A stretch of 39,703 bases of DNA from the IMG/VR virus record IMGVR_UViG_3300030450_003652, positions 1-39,703 of that record; one strand, written 5' to 3'. Position 1 is the first letter of the stretch. Each line of letters starts with the position of its first letter. This DNA comes from a virus. Lineage: Duplodnaviria; Caudoviricetes. The notes beneath the pieces are model-generated. The model saw nothing but the letters and a program-made list of their open reading frames with translations. It searched no databases and was not told where the DNA came from. The translations under genes and the position numbers were made by a program. Positions 1-9,827 of the stretch are shown here, in pieces.

Positions 1-31
1 AATAATAGGTCCACAATAAAATATAAATAAT

Positions 32-583
32 ATGAGTAATTTTACAGATTTTTTTCCAGCAGCTGGTGGAGGCGGTGGTGGTATACCTAAATATGAAGAA
101 TTTACTGCTTCTGGTACATTTACTCCAAGCCAAGAATTAATTGATGCGGGTGGTAGATTAGCTTATATAATAGTAGGCGGAGGTGAAAAAGGAGATGGTA
201 GCTATGGTGGTGCTGGGGGTATGGTAATACACGGTTATGCCACTTTAACTTCAACAACAGGTTGTACGGTAACAATTGGAGCTGGCGGTACTTGCGGTAA
301 CTGTGATGGAGGCGACACTACTGTTGCTTTTGCAAGTGCAGGGGGAACAAGTATAACTGCTAAAGGAGGATCGGGATTATATTATGGATATGAAGGACAA
401 TTTGCTAGAAATGGTGGAGGAACTGGTTCTACAGCACATCCAGGAGTTTTTGGTTATGGGAGAGGTGGTGGAAACCATAATGGAAATGTTACTAATACTA
501 ACCCTATTGGGAAATATGGGTCCGGAACTGATTCAAGCTATAATGGTATTAATGGCTTTGTAAGAATAATTTGGTTTGAATAA
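32..583 (+). CDS. Glycine-rich tail-fibre/virion protein
   Basis: 183 aa; motifs FTASGTFTP, IVGGG, GGAGG, VTIGAGG and a C-terminal G-x-V-R-I-x-W, typical of phage Gly-rich fibre domains; A-rich start context. Confidence 0.7.
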   Translation: MSNFTDFFPAAGGGGGGIPKYEEFTASGTFTPSQELIDAGGRLAYIIVGGGEKGDGSYGGAGGMVIHGYATLTSTTGCTVTIGAGGTCGNCDGGDTTVAFASAGGTSITAKGGSGLYYGYEGQFARNGGGTGSTAHPGVFGYGRGGGNHNGNVTNTNPIGKYGSGTDSSYNGINGFVRIIWFE

Positions 584-589
584 AATATT

Positions 590-931
590 ATGGAAAGAAT
601 AGCAATTATAGAAAATGGCGTAATAACTAATATTATTGCAGGAAATTTGGATTTTGCTGAAAGCTATGATGGAATGGCAGTTGTTGTAAATGATGATAGT
701 ATAGGTATAGGATGTACATACACAAACGAAACATTTGGGCCTCCTAATAAATCACAAGAAGAAAAAGAAGCAGATGCTAGATCTTGGAGAAATAGAGAAT
801 TATTAAGTACTGATTGGATTGTATCATTAGCAGATTATCCAAAACATGCAGAATGGCTAACCTATAGAGAAGAATTAAGGGATTGGCCATCAACAGAAAA
901 TTTTCCAGATACGAAACCTTCAAAACCATAA
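590..931 (+). CDS. Tail fibre assembly chaperone-like protein
   Basis: C-terminal WRNRELLSTDW...WLTYREELRDWP...FP motif recalled from phage tail assembly chaperones; directly follows a Gly-rich fibre gene. Confidence 0.7.
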   Translation: MERIAIIENGVITNIIAGNLDFAESYDGMAVVVNDDSIGIGCTYTNETFGPPNKSQEEKEADARSWRNRELLSTDWIVSLADYPKHAEWLTYREELRDWPSTENFPDTKPSKP

Positions 932-934
932 TAA

Positions 935-2122
935 ATGGCATTAACAAAATTAACAAAGAACTTAATTGACGGAACTTTTGGTACTGAATGGGATAGTACC
1001 ATCCAGACAAGTAATTTTACAGCTGTAGCTGGAAAAGGTTATTTTGTTAATACAACATCTAACGAAATAACAGTTACTTTACCAGCAGGAGTAGTTGGTA
1101 ACGAAGTTATTATACAAGACTATGCAGGTACTTTTGGAACAAATAAAGTAATATTTGATTCCAACGGTTCAGAAAAGATTCAGGGTTCTACAGATAATTT
1201 TGAAAATACTACTAATAATTCTACTATAACTTTAGTTTATCAAGATGCCACTAAAGGTTGGACAGCTGATAATATTGCTGTATTTACTCCTACTATATCA
1301 ATATCTTATCTAATAGTTGCAGGAGGAGGTGCCGGTGGAGGCCACATCAACACTAATTATGGTGGAGGTGGTGGTGCTGGTGGTATGCTAACAGGTATTA
1401 AAAATAACGCTTCACCTGCAACAAATTACTCAATAACAGTTGGGGCAGGTGCTACATCTGGAACTGACGGGAGTGATAGTCAAGCGTTTGGAATAACTGC
1501 AACAGGCGGTGGTGGGGGCGGATGGTATAATAGCACAACCCCCTCGGATGGTGTAGGTAAAGATGGTGGATCTGGAGGTGGTGGAGCATCAGGTTATGCT
1601 TCAGGGGCTTTGCCTCCATTTGCAGGAGGATCCGGAGTATCTGGACAAGGAAATAATGGTGGTGAAGCTAATAACAGTGGTGGTTATCAATCTGCTGGAG
1701 GAGGTGGCGCTGGAGCTGTTGGGGGCAGCGTTAGTGGAAGTGGAGGTGCCGGTGGTGATGGTGGTGTCGGAGTAGCAAGCACAATAACTGGTTCTTCTGT
1801 ATTTTATGCAGGAGGAGGAGGAGGCTCTGGTTATAATGGGGCCGGTGGTGCTGGTGGAAATGGTGGTGGTGGCTACGGTGGATCATACAATCCTACTGTT
1901 AATCCAGCCGCAGCAGGTGCTGCTAATACTGGTGGTGGTGGCGGTGGCTCAATGAACGCACTAGGTAATGGGGGTGCTGGTGGATCAGGAATAGTAGTAT
2001 TAAGTTATCTTTCCTCACTTACTTTAACAAACGGTGGCGGGTTAACACTAACAACAGCAACTGTAGGCTCAAATAAAGTAACAACTATAACAGCAGGAAC
2101 TGGAAATATACAATTAAACTAA
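935..2122 (+). CDS. Glycine-rich tail fibre protein
   Basis: 395 aa; N-terminal MALTK; GKGYFVNTT..TVTLP...DYAGTF...LVYQDATKGW module followed by a long Gly-rich domain (YLIVAGGGAGG ... ANTGGGGGG ... GGSGIVVL). Confidence 0.75.
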   Translation: MALTKLTKNLIDGTFGTEWDSTIQTSNFTAVAGKGYFVNTTSNEITVTLPAGVVGNEVIIQDYAGTFGTNKVIFDSNGSEKIQGSTDNFENTTNNSTITLVYQDATKGWTADNIAVFTPTISISYLIVAGGGAGGGHINTNYGGGGGAGGMLTGIKNNASPATNYSITVGAGATSGTDGSDSQAFGITATGGGGGGWYNSTTPSDGVGKDGGSGGGGASGYASGALPPFAGGSGVSGQGNNGGEANNSGGYQSAGGGGAGAVGGSVSGSGGAGGDGGVGVASTITGSSVFYAGGGGGSGYNGAGGAGGNGGGGYGGSYNPTVNPAAAGAANTGGGGGGSMNALGNGGAGGSGIVVLSYLSSLTLTNGGGLTLTTATVGSNKVTTITAGTGNIQLN

Positions 2123-2126
2123 TAAT

Positions 2127-2495
2127 ATGGCACATTACGCATTTTTAAATATGGCTAACGTAGTAACCGAAGTAATAGTAGGTAAAGATGAAGGCGATAC
2201 AAATACAAACTGGGAATTAGAATACCAAGATGTAAGAAAACAAGTGTGTAAAAGAACTTCTTATAATACTCGTGGGGGTGTACACTCAAATGGTGGCACT
2301 CCATATAGAAAAAATTATGCCGGGATAGGATATACTTATGATTTTGGTAGAGATGCTTTTATACCACCAAAACCTCATTCAAGTTGGTTACTAAACGAAT
2401 CATCTTGTACATGGGAAGCCCCAGTAGAATACCCAGATGATGGGGATATATATACATGGGATGAAGAAAATCAAGAGTGGGATAAAGTATCATAA
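2127..2495 (+). CDS. Small tail-fibre-associated protein (probable chaperone/partner)
   Basis: MAHYAFL..., KRTSYNT, RKNYAGIGYTYD..RDAFIPPKP..SW, W-x-AP..YP motifs, recalled from small genes that follow Gly-rich fibres in aquatic phages. Confidence 0.65.
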   Translation: MAHYAFLNMANVVTEVIVGKDEGDTNTNWELEYQDVRKQVCKRTSYNTRGGVHSNGGTPYRKNYAGIGYTYDFGRDAFIPPKPHSSWLLNESSCTWEAPVEYPDDGDIYTWDEENQEWDKVS

Positions 2496-2505
2496 AAAAT
2501 ATTAA

Positions 2506-5268
2506 ATGGCACAAACTAAACCTAAGGCAGGACAATTTTTTGGCGTATCAGATAATGGTACAGACGGTCAGTTTTTAAGAACTGATGGTGCGGGTGGTAT
2601 GTCTTGGGCAGCCCCAATAGTTGAACCTACAATAACTTCTATTGACTATCCAGGAACAGCTACAGCTGCAGATCCGGCTGGGGGTGAGAGTATTATAATT
2701 AATGGCACTAATTTTCAAAGTGGAATTACTTGTACTGTAGGTGGCACATCTGCTACTACAGCTTTAAACTCTGGTACACAAATTACAATTACATCTCCTG
2801 CAAAAGCAGCAGGACAATATACTGTTGCAGTAACAAATACAGATGGAGGATCAGCATCAGCAGGAAACTTTATACAATATAGTGGAGTTCCAATATGGAG
2901 CACTAACTCAGGTAGTTTAGGTAGTGTTCAGGAAGGAGGAACTGCATCATTTCAAGTAACAGCAACAGAAGGTAGTGATACAATAGAATATGCGGTAACC
3001 AGCGGTAGTTTACCATCAGGTTTGTCACTTAATACAAATACCGGGGCTATTACAGGAACAGCACCTTCAGTATCATCAGATACAACTTCAACATTTAGTA
3101 TTACTGCTACAGATGACGAAAACCAAACTAGTTCAGCTCGATCTTTCAGTATTACTGTAACCAATATTTCTCCTTCACAATTTATAAATACAAGAATATA
3201 TACTGGTAATGGTAGTAATGCGGGATCCTATCCTTCAATTGGAGGTAGTTTAGATGTAACTACAGATTTTACCCCGGATTTAGTAATTGTAAAAGCAAGA
3301 GATGCAGCAACAGGCTGGGTTGTAGGAGATTCTATAAGAGGAAATTATGGATATATGTATCTTAATAGTACAAGCCCAAGCGGTTCAGCTTGTGGAGCAT
3401 ATGGAAGTAACCCATGTGGTGGCGCTTATGGTGATGGAGGTATTGGTATAGGTACAAACAAATTTATTGTAAAAGATGACGGTTCTGGTAATTATGGGGT
3501 TTCGGGGCCAGGTACATTGTATCAAGCATTTGCGTGGAAAGCAGGAGGGACACCTACAACTACTAATTCAGGTGGGCAAACACCTACATCAGGATCAAAA
3601 ATGATTGATGGTAGCGCAAGCACAACTAATTTTGCTACTGCTACAGAATATCCGTCAAAACAAACTATTAATACTAGTTTAGATTTTAGTATGTCTTTAA
3701 TTACTAAAACTACAGCTACAGATCCTTTGCAAGTTCCACATGGGCTTTCAGGGACTCCGGATTTTGTTATGTTAAAACAGGCAAATGGAAGTGGGGATTG
3801 GCTTATATATCATACAAGTGTAGGAACCGGTAAATATTTAAGTACTACTAGAAACGAACAAGGGGGTGGTGCTGGGACTGATACACCAGTTACTAGTGCT
3901 CTTTCTTTTAGCACAGTAAACGCGGATATTATACAAAATAAATGGACAAACAGTAATTGGTATTGGATGTGCTATGCATGGAAAAGTAAAGCAGGATTTT
4001 CTAAATTTGGCACTTACACTGGAAATGGCAGTACTAATGGCCCTGTAGTAGAAACTGGATTTGAACCAGCTATAATTATAATAAAACGAACTGATGCAGC
4101 AGCTAACTGGCGAAGTTTTAATAACGCTACTTCAACTAGTAATCCTAGGGATAAAGAAACATATCCTAATTTAGCAAATGTTGAAAGCACATTTGTTGGA
4201 GTAAATTTTTATGATAATGGTTTTCAATTAAAAACTTCTGATTCAAATAGTAATGCAAATAATGGAACATATATATATGCTGCTTGGGGAGCAGCCTCAT
4301 CTACAGCAACACCTACTTTAGCTAATAGCCAAAAAACTACATTATTTACCGGTAGAAATACCACGGTAACTGGTGTAGGATTTAAACCAGATATGGTAAT
4401 AGTAGCAAATAGGGCTGCAGCTAATGGATCTTTTTTAATTGACTCATTAAGAGGTCCTTCAATGACACTTTGGCCTCCTGGAAATTATTATGCAGACTCA
4501 AGAAGTTCAGTTACAGCTTTTAATAGTGATGGTGTAACTATAGGTAGTTATACATCTATTGGAACTGGAAATAATGTGTTATGGAGTTGGAAAGCTGGAA
4601 TTATACCTAGTATAAATAATGATGGAGCAACTCAAAGCGTAATTGCAGTTAATCAAGCCGCTGGGTTTAGTATGGTTCAATGGGCGGGTTCAGGTAGTGC
4701 AGCTACCATCGGGCATGGTCTCGGGGCGGTTCCCCAGTTCATCATAGTAAAAAATCTAGATGAAAATGAAAAATGGAGGGTATATAATAATACTAGTGGC
4801 CCAACTAAATATATGAGTTTAAACGATGATTATGGTGAAGGAACATCTTCAGCTATTTGGAATGATACAGCACCTACATCTACTGTATTTAGTACCGGTA
4901 CTGATACATCAGTAGGCGGAAATGGGGATAATTTTATTGCTTATTGTTGGACTTCAATAGCAAATTATTCTAAAGTGGGGACTTATGTTGGTTCAAGCAG
5001 TGCTCTTACTGTAAATGTTGGTTTTGCACCTTCTTTTGCTATATTTAAAAGAATTGATGCTGCTGCTACTGGAGGTTGGAGAGTGTTTGATACCGTAAGA
5101 GGAACAGATAAATCTTATACTTTAAATAGTGATGCTGCAGAATATGATGATACCGCTAATTATGTAGATTTTACATCAACAGGTTTTTCTTTTAGTACTT
5201 CTCAACAAAACCCTGATATTAATGCAAATGGAGGTAACTATATATACATAGCATTTAAACAAACTTAA
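2506..5268 (+). CDS. Tail fibre / receptor-binding protein with Ig-like (IPT/TIG and putative Ig) domains and two repeated beta-rich modules
   Basis: 920 aa; GQFLRTDGAGGMSW neck; PTITSI..GGESIIINGTNF (IPT/TIG-like); GSLPSGLSLNTNTGAITGT (Ig-like); two copies of F-x-PD-x-VIV...DS-x-RG...WKAG...HGL...P...G-x-Y-x-G...GF-x-P...YIY-x-A. Confidence 0.75.
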   Translation: MAQTKPKAGQFFGVSDNGTDGQFLRTDGAGGMSWAAPIVEPTITSIDYPGTATAADPAGGESIIINGTNFQSGITCTVGGTSATTALNSGTQITITSPAKAAGQYTVAVTNTDGGSASAGNFIQYSGVPIWSTNSGSLGSVQEGGTASFQVTATEGSDTIEYAVTSGSLPSGLSLNTNTGAITGTAPSVSSDTTSTFSITATDDENQTSSARSFSITVTNISPSQFINTRIYTGNGSNAGSYPSIGGSLDVTTDFTPDLVIVKARDAATGWVVGDSIRGNYGYMYLNSTSPSGSACGAYGSNPCGGAYGDGGIGIGTNKFIVKDDGSGNYGVSGPGTLYQAFAWKAGGTPTTTNSGGQTPTSGSKMIDGSASTTNFATATEYPSKQTINTSLDFSMSLITKTTATDPLQVPHGLSGTPDFVMLKQANGSGDWLIYHTSVGTGKYLSTTRNEQGGGAGTDTPVTSALSFSTVNADIIQNKWTNSNWYWMCYAWKSKAGFSKFGTYTGNGSTNGPVVETGFEPAIIIIKRTDAAANWRSFNNATSTSNPRDKETYPNLANVESTFVGVNFYDNGFQLKTSDSNSNANNGTYIYAAWGAASSTATPTLANSQKTTLFTGRNTTVTGVGFKPDMVIVANRAAANGSFLIDSLRGPSMTLWPPGNYYADSRSSVTAFNSDGVTIGSYTSIGTGNNVLWSWKAGIIPSINNDGATQSVIAVNQAAGFSMVQWAGSGSAATIGHGLGAVPQFIIVKNLDENEKWRVYNNTSGPTKYMSLNDDYGEGTSSAIWNDTAPTSTVFSTGTDTSVGGNGDNFIAYCWTSIANYSKVGTYVGSSSALTVNVGFAPSFAIFKRIDAAATGGWRVFDTVRGTDKSYTLNSDAAEYDDTANYVDFTSTGFSFSTSQQNPDINANGGNYIYIAFKQT

Positions 5269-5279
5269 TAAAATAAAAA

Positions 5280-5696
5280 ATGGCTTTAACTAAAGTAACA
5301 AGTAATGTACTAGATGATAATGCGGTTACAACTGCAAAAATCAATGCGGCAGCAGTAACAAATCCTAAAATAGGTCCTGAATTTACTACAGCAGCAGCTT
5401 TAACAGCAGGTGCAACAGTGGCTATGGATTACACTGCAGCACAAGTATTTACGTTAACACCTAATGCTAACACAACAATAAATATTACTAATCCTATAAT
5501 TGGAGTTAGTAAAGTAATCGTTATAACTGGAAGTGGAGGTTCATATACTATAACTTATAATGTGGGTGGCGCTGCAGGTACTTTTAATAAAATATCAGGT
5601 ACATATGATGACACTGCTGGAGTAAAAAACTTTATACAAATTACATGCGTGGGTAATACTGAGTTTTGGTATACTTGCTCTCAAATAGCAACATAA
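5280..5696 (+). CDS. Small tail fibre adaptor-like structural protein
   Basis: 138 aa, Thr/Ala-rich; N-terminal MALTKV plus AVTTAKI/AVTNPKI repeats typical of fibre anchors. Confidence 0.6.
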   Translation: MALTKVTSNVLDDNAVTTAKINAAAVTNPKIGPEFTTAAALTAGATVAMDYTAAQVFTLTPNANTTINITNPIIGVSKVIVITGSGGSYTITYNVGGAAGTFNKISGTYDDTAGVKNFIQITCVGNTEFWYTCSQIAT

Positions 5697-5697
5697 T

Positions 5698-8600
5698 ATG
5701 TTTGGACAAAGCTTGCTTTCTGGAGCTTTCGGAACAGCCATAATCTTTGTTCCAGATGAAAACTTTAGTACACAATTATACGACGGTAATGGTGGGCCTA
5801 ATTCAATTGGTGGAAAACTATATGGAGCTGGAGAATTTAATGGGGGTACTATTGGCAGTGGTGGTTCATATATAGAATTAGGAAATAGCACAGCTATTGG
5901 GAATGCCTCAGCGGCTGTAACTATGTCTACGTGGGTAAACTTTGACAACTTAAATACTCAAAATTTTATAATTTACCGCGATGATAGCTCGGTACAAAAC
6001 CAACAAGGAATATATGATTATGGGAATGGGAATATTTACTTTCAACCTGAAAACCTTAATAATGGTAATTTTGGTTATGTAAGTAATTCTGGATTATATA
6101 CTACGGGAGAATGGGTTCATATTGCAATGGTATTTGATGGCAGTGGAACTGGTAATAGTGGAAGATTAAAAGCATATATAAATGGCAATCAAGTAACTTT
6201 AACTTACAATAACACAATACCAAGCACAACAGGCGCAGCAACAACTCCTTTAAGAATAGGAGGAAGACAAAGTGGTCAAGCTAGTTTTAGTGGTAGTATT
6301 GATCAAGTTAGATTATTTAATTCCGCTCTTAGTGCCTATCAAGTGTTGGAATTATATAATGAAACTACTACAACAGCAAGTAAATTAGATTTTCCAACTG
6401 GAGCCGGTTGTATAGCGGCTTATACATTAGATAATTATGGAAATACAATATTATCGACAGAAAAATTAAGTACTTGTGATTTTCCTAGTGGAGCAAGTTG
6501 TGAGGCTTTATATGAGTTCAATGGTAATGGAAATGATACCTGTGGAAATTATAATGGTACTCCCTCTAATGTAACTTATGGTCCTGGTCTTTTTAATAAA
6601 ACTGCTATATTTAATGGTAGTACTAGTTACATACAATATCCTACTCTTGGAAATGTTTTTCAAAACAATTACTCTATTTCAGCATGGTTTAGACTTGAGG
6701 CTTATACATCATCAGGTAACCCAGGTTATGACTTAGCTACAATTGTAAGCACTTTTACGGATTATTATGGATGGGTTGCGGTTAACAGTGCTACTAATAA
6801 ACTTAGATACTACACAGAATACTTAACTCAAGCCCCTTGGGGATATGGTATAGAAAGTACAACAACAATTAACTTAAACCAATGGTACCATATGACGGTA
6901 ACTAAATCTAGTACAACTGGAATGAAGTTATATCTTAATGGTGTATTAGAAAATACCGAATCTGCTGCCACTCAAAATTTAGCTAGTAGTGCCGCTAATA
7001 CTTATGAAAGCGTATGGGGAAATTATTCTGGAAGTAATCCAAACCAGTATTCTAACTTTACCGGCCAAATAGATCAAGGAAGAATATTTAATTCTGTACT
7101 TACACAAGCTCAAGTAACAGAATTAAGTAGAGGAGAGCCTAAATATAATGGAGCAAGTAATAATGTAACATATAATGGTTTTATAAAATTTCAACCGGGT
7201 CTTACTTGGATAAAAAGAACTAGTTCTACTGAGCCTCATGCTTTATATGATAGCCTTCGAGGGCCTAATAGACAACTATCCAGTGATTCTGCTTTAGCTC
7301 AAGCTATTAATACAGCGCCATATGAAGGTTTAACAAGTTTTGACTCATATGGATTTACACTTAATAATAATGGAGGGGTTAATGGAAGTTCTCAAGCATA
7401 TGCCTCGTGGAATTGGAAATCTGGTAATGAAATGTGGGCTTTAGATTTAGATATTGGAACTACAACCGGATATGTAGATGTACCTAATGGAGTTGGAGCA
7501 TTGGGTAATGCAACCTCAGATTTATCATTTTCTTGTTGGTTTAAAATTCCAGATGCTTCTATACAAAGTTTTATTATATGTTCATATGTAAATCCTAATT
7601 ATTCAAAAATTAATATTAATACTGAAACTAATGGAAAATTAAGAGCAAATTTTGGTGATGGCACAAGTTCAGAATCATCTATTTATACAACATCAACAGG
7701 ATGGACTGACGGCAACTGGCATCATCTTGCTTATACAATGGAGTGGAATAGTGGTAGTTCTTATTTTGATATTAAATTTTATAAAGATGGTTCATTAGAT
7801 TCTTCTCATACCACAAGTGGCCAAACTGTTGCTATGTCTGGCAATGGATTTACATTTGGAGGGGTAAAAAATACCACATCTGGTACCACTAGTGCTTATA
7901 GCACTGCTCAAATAGGACAGGCACGGCTTTATAATTCAGTATTGTCAAGTACTCAAGTAACTGAATTATATAACCAAAAAGCTACAAAATATGATACACT
8001 TGATTTTCCAACTGGAGCTGGGTGTGTGGCGGCATATAATTTTAAAGGAAATCCAGATGATTTAAGTGGAGCTTATAATGGGCAAGGAAATAATGATTTT
8101 ATTAGACAAATAGGTAAAGACACTATAAATACAGATGGTTCTATAACTAGTACAGTTACAGCAAATCAAAATTCTGGATTTAGTATTATATCTTGGGTAG
8201 GAAATCAAACTAATGGTTCTATTGGGCATGGGCTCAAAAAAGCCCCTACCTTACTTATATTAAAAGATACTAGTGTTGCTTATAATTGGTATGTTTTTTG
8301 TAAACCTACAGGTACAACTGATAATTTAAGATTTGAAGGATTAAATAATACATCAGCTGCAACTGTGCAAAATAGTCAATTTACCACCACTTCGTCATTG
8401 ATTGAAAATTTAACAACATTTGCTTCTTTAAATACAACAGGGTCTAATATGTTAATTTATGCATTCCATGATGTAGCAAAATATAGCAAAATTGGCACGT
8501 ACGTTGGGAATCGCCCTACAACTGTTACCATAACTACTGATTTTGAACCTGGGTGGGTGTTAATCAAAGATACTGCCAATACTGAAGGTTGGGTAATAAT

Positions 8601-8760
8601 AGATAATAAAAGAGGCGATCAATTATTAGAGGCCCAAAGTACTGCTGGTGATACATCTTACAATTCTGTTCAATTTACCTCTACAGGATTTACGGTAGGT
8701 GATAGCGGATTAGTTAATACTAGCGGGGCTACAATTATATATATGGCTTTTGCTAAATAA
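5698..8760 (+). CDS. Tail fibre / receptor-binding protein with three LamG (ConA-like lectin) domains
   Basis: 1020 aa; three W-x-H-x-x-x-(V/T)...(A/L/F)Y-x-(N/D)G...I(D/G)Q-x-R-x-(F/Y)NS-x-L...QV-x-EL units, plus the beta-rich module shared with 2506..5268. Confidence 0.8.
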   Translation: MFGQSLLSGAFGTAIIFVPDENFSTQLYDGNGGPNSIGGKLYGAGEFNGGTIGSGGSYIELGNSTAIGNASAAVTMSTWVNFDNLNTQNFIIYRDDSSVQNQQGIYDYGNGNIYFQPENLNNGNFGYVSNSGLYTTGEWVHIAMVFDGSGTGNSGRLKAYINGNQVTLTYNNTIPSTTGAATTPLRIGGRQSGQASFSGSIDQVRLFNSALSAYQVLELYNETTTTASKLDFPTGAGCIAAYTLDNYGNTILSTEKLSTCDFPSGASCEALYEFNGNGNDTCGNYNGTPSNVTYGPGLFNKTAIFNGSTSYIQYPTLGNVFQNNYSISAWFRLEAYTSSGNPGYDLATIVSTFTDYYGWVAVNSATNKLRYYTEYLTQAPWGYGIESTTTINLNQWYHMTVTKSSTTGMKLYLNGVLENTESAATQNLASSAANTYESVWGNYSGSNPNQYSNFTGQIDQGRIFNSVLTQAQVTELSRGEPKYNGASNNVTYNGFIKFQPGLTWIKRTSSTEPHALYDSLRGPNRQLSSDSALAQAINTAPYEGLTSFDSYGFTLNNNGGVNGSSQAYASWNWKSGNEMWALDLDIGTTTGYVDVPNGVGALGNATSDLSFSCWFKIPDASIQSFIICSYVNPNYSKININTETNGKLRANFGDGTSSESSIYTTSTGWTDGNWHHLAYTMEWNSGSSYFDIKFYKDGSLDSSHTTSGQTVAMSGNGFTFGGVKNTTSGTTSAYSTAQIGQARLYNSVLSSTQVTELYNQKATKYDTLDFPTGAGCVAAYNFKGNPDDLSGAYNGQGNNDFIRQIGKDTINTDGSITSTVTANQNSGFSIISWVGNQTNGSIGHGLKKAPTLLILKDTSVAYNWYVFCKPTGTTDNLRFEGLNNTSAATVQNSQFTTTSSLIENLTTFASLNTTGSNMLIYAFHDVAKYSKIGTYVGNRPTTVTITTDFEPGWVLIKDTANTEGWVIIDNKRGDQLLEAQSTAGDTSYNSVQFTSTGFTVGDSGLVNTSGATIIYMAFAK

Positions 8761-8770
8761 ATTTAATTAA

Positions 8771-9184
8771 ATGAGTAGAAAAAAATTTAAAGATACTGGC
8801 GTTGGGAAATTTTTGTTAAACAAAATTCCTGATGTTGTAGGAAAAATTGCTGGTGACACTCCAGTAGGGAGTGTTATTCAAGCAATAATAGGGGGTAGCG
8901 ATATGTCTGAAGGAGATAAAGCTATTGCTCTTAAAAAATTAGAAGTAGAACGTGCTGAAATTGATGGCACCACAAGACGTTGGGTGGCAGATGCTAGATC
9001 AGGAAATTGGCTTGCGGCTAATGTGCGTCCTCTAATATTAATTTTTTTAACTGTAAGCTACGTTGTGGGGTGGTATTTAAAATACCCTCTTGACCAAATT
9101 ACGGGTCTTCTTACTATCGTAATTGGAGGCTATTTTGGTTCACGTGGCGTGGAAAAAGTATTTGGAAATAATAAACATAAATAA
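8771..9184 (+). CDS. Putative holin
   Basis: Two hydrophobic segments after W-x-x-x-NVRPL, ending GYFGSRGVEK with a basic tail; immediately upstream of the endolysin. Confidence 0.65.
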   Translation: MSRKKFKDTGVGKFLLNKIPDVVGKIAGDTPVGSVIQAIIGGSDMSEGDKAIALKKLEVERAEIDGTTRRWVADARSGNWLAANVRPLILIFLTVSYVVGWYLKYPLDQITGLLTIVIGGYFGSRGVEKVFGNNKHK

Positions 9185-9186
9185 TA

Positions 9187-9594
9187 ATGAGAGCAATAAA
9201 CGAAGCAATTTTACATTATAGTGCTACTCCTGAAGGGAGAGACTTTGATGTCGAAGACATTAGAGAATGGCACGTAGATGGTAACGGTTGGAGTGATATA
9301 GGTTATCATTATGTAATAAAATTAGATGGGACTATTCAAGAAGGTAGGCCTATTAGTAAAACAGGCGCTCACTGTAAAGGGCGTAATAAAGGAACAGTAG
9401 GTATATGTTATATTGGCGGAGGATTAAAAGATGGCACTGATACACGAACAGACGCTCAAAAAGCATCTATTTTACAATTACTTATAGAATTAACTAATGT
9501 ATATGGTATAAAAAAAATATCTGGACACAACCAATATTCAAAGAAAAATTGTCCGGGATTTGATGTTCCAAGTGAATATTCTAGTTTAGTATAA
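9187..9594 (+). CDS. Endolysin, N-acetylmuramoyl-L-alanine amidase (Amidase_2, T7 lysozyme-like)
   Basis: ILHYSAT, GWSDIGYHYVI, GRP...GAHCKG-x-N, GICYIGG, GH, K-x-CPGFDV zinc-amidase motifs. Confidence 0.92.
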   Translation: MRAINEAILHYSATPEGRDFDVEDIREWHVDGNGWSDIGYHYVIKLDGTIQEGRPISKTGAHCKGRNKGTVGICYIGGGLKDGTDTRTDAQKASILQLLIELTNVYGIKKISGHNQYSKKNCPGFDVPSEYSSLV

Positions 9595-9605
9595 AATTAA
9601 ATTAA

Positions 9606-9827
9606 ATGGCAAAATTAATAAGAAAGATAAGCATAGGCACTGATTATAAAAATGAAGCTATGCATTATTCTGTAGGGCAAGAGGTATATGGAGGACACAC
9701 TATTTCGGATATTTTAGAAGAAGAAGGTGCATATAAAATTTTTATAACCAAAAATAATGAAGTGTTGCCATGGAAACATTTTAATTCTAATATGGCAATA
9801 TCTGTAGAATACAATTTAAATTATTAA
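9606..9827 (+). CDS. Conserved hypothetical phage protein
   Basis: 73 aa, typical codon usage and start context; LIRKISIG-x-DYK...MHY-x-VGQ recalled from flavobacterial phages upstream of GroES-like genes. Confidence 0.65.
   Translation: MAKLIRKISIGTDYKNEAMHYSVGQEVYGGHTISDILEEEGAYKIFITKNNEVLPWKHFNSNMAISVEYNLNY

Noticed and set aside
2-19. End of an upstream gene (IIGPQ*)
   Set aside because: Plausible but too short to support a call.
1563-1775. 70-aa +1-frame ORF in the Gly-rich fibre gene
   Set aside because: Runs of GGN codons cannot create +1 stops; the V/E-rich product is the expected shadow and there is no codon anomaly.
2506-8760. Diversity-generating retroelement or invertible cassette acting on the fibres
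   Set aside because: No reverse transcriptase, recombinase, near-identical TR/VR pair or flanking inverted repeats seen in the window.
8964-9035. Short +1 ORF (MAPQDVGWQMLDQEIGLRLMCVL) in the holin gene
   Set aside because: Only 23 aa, within chance, with no recognisable features.
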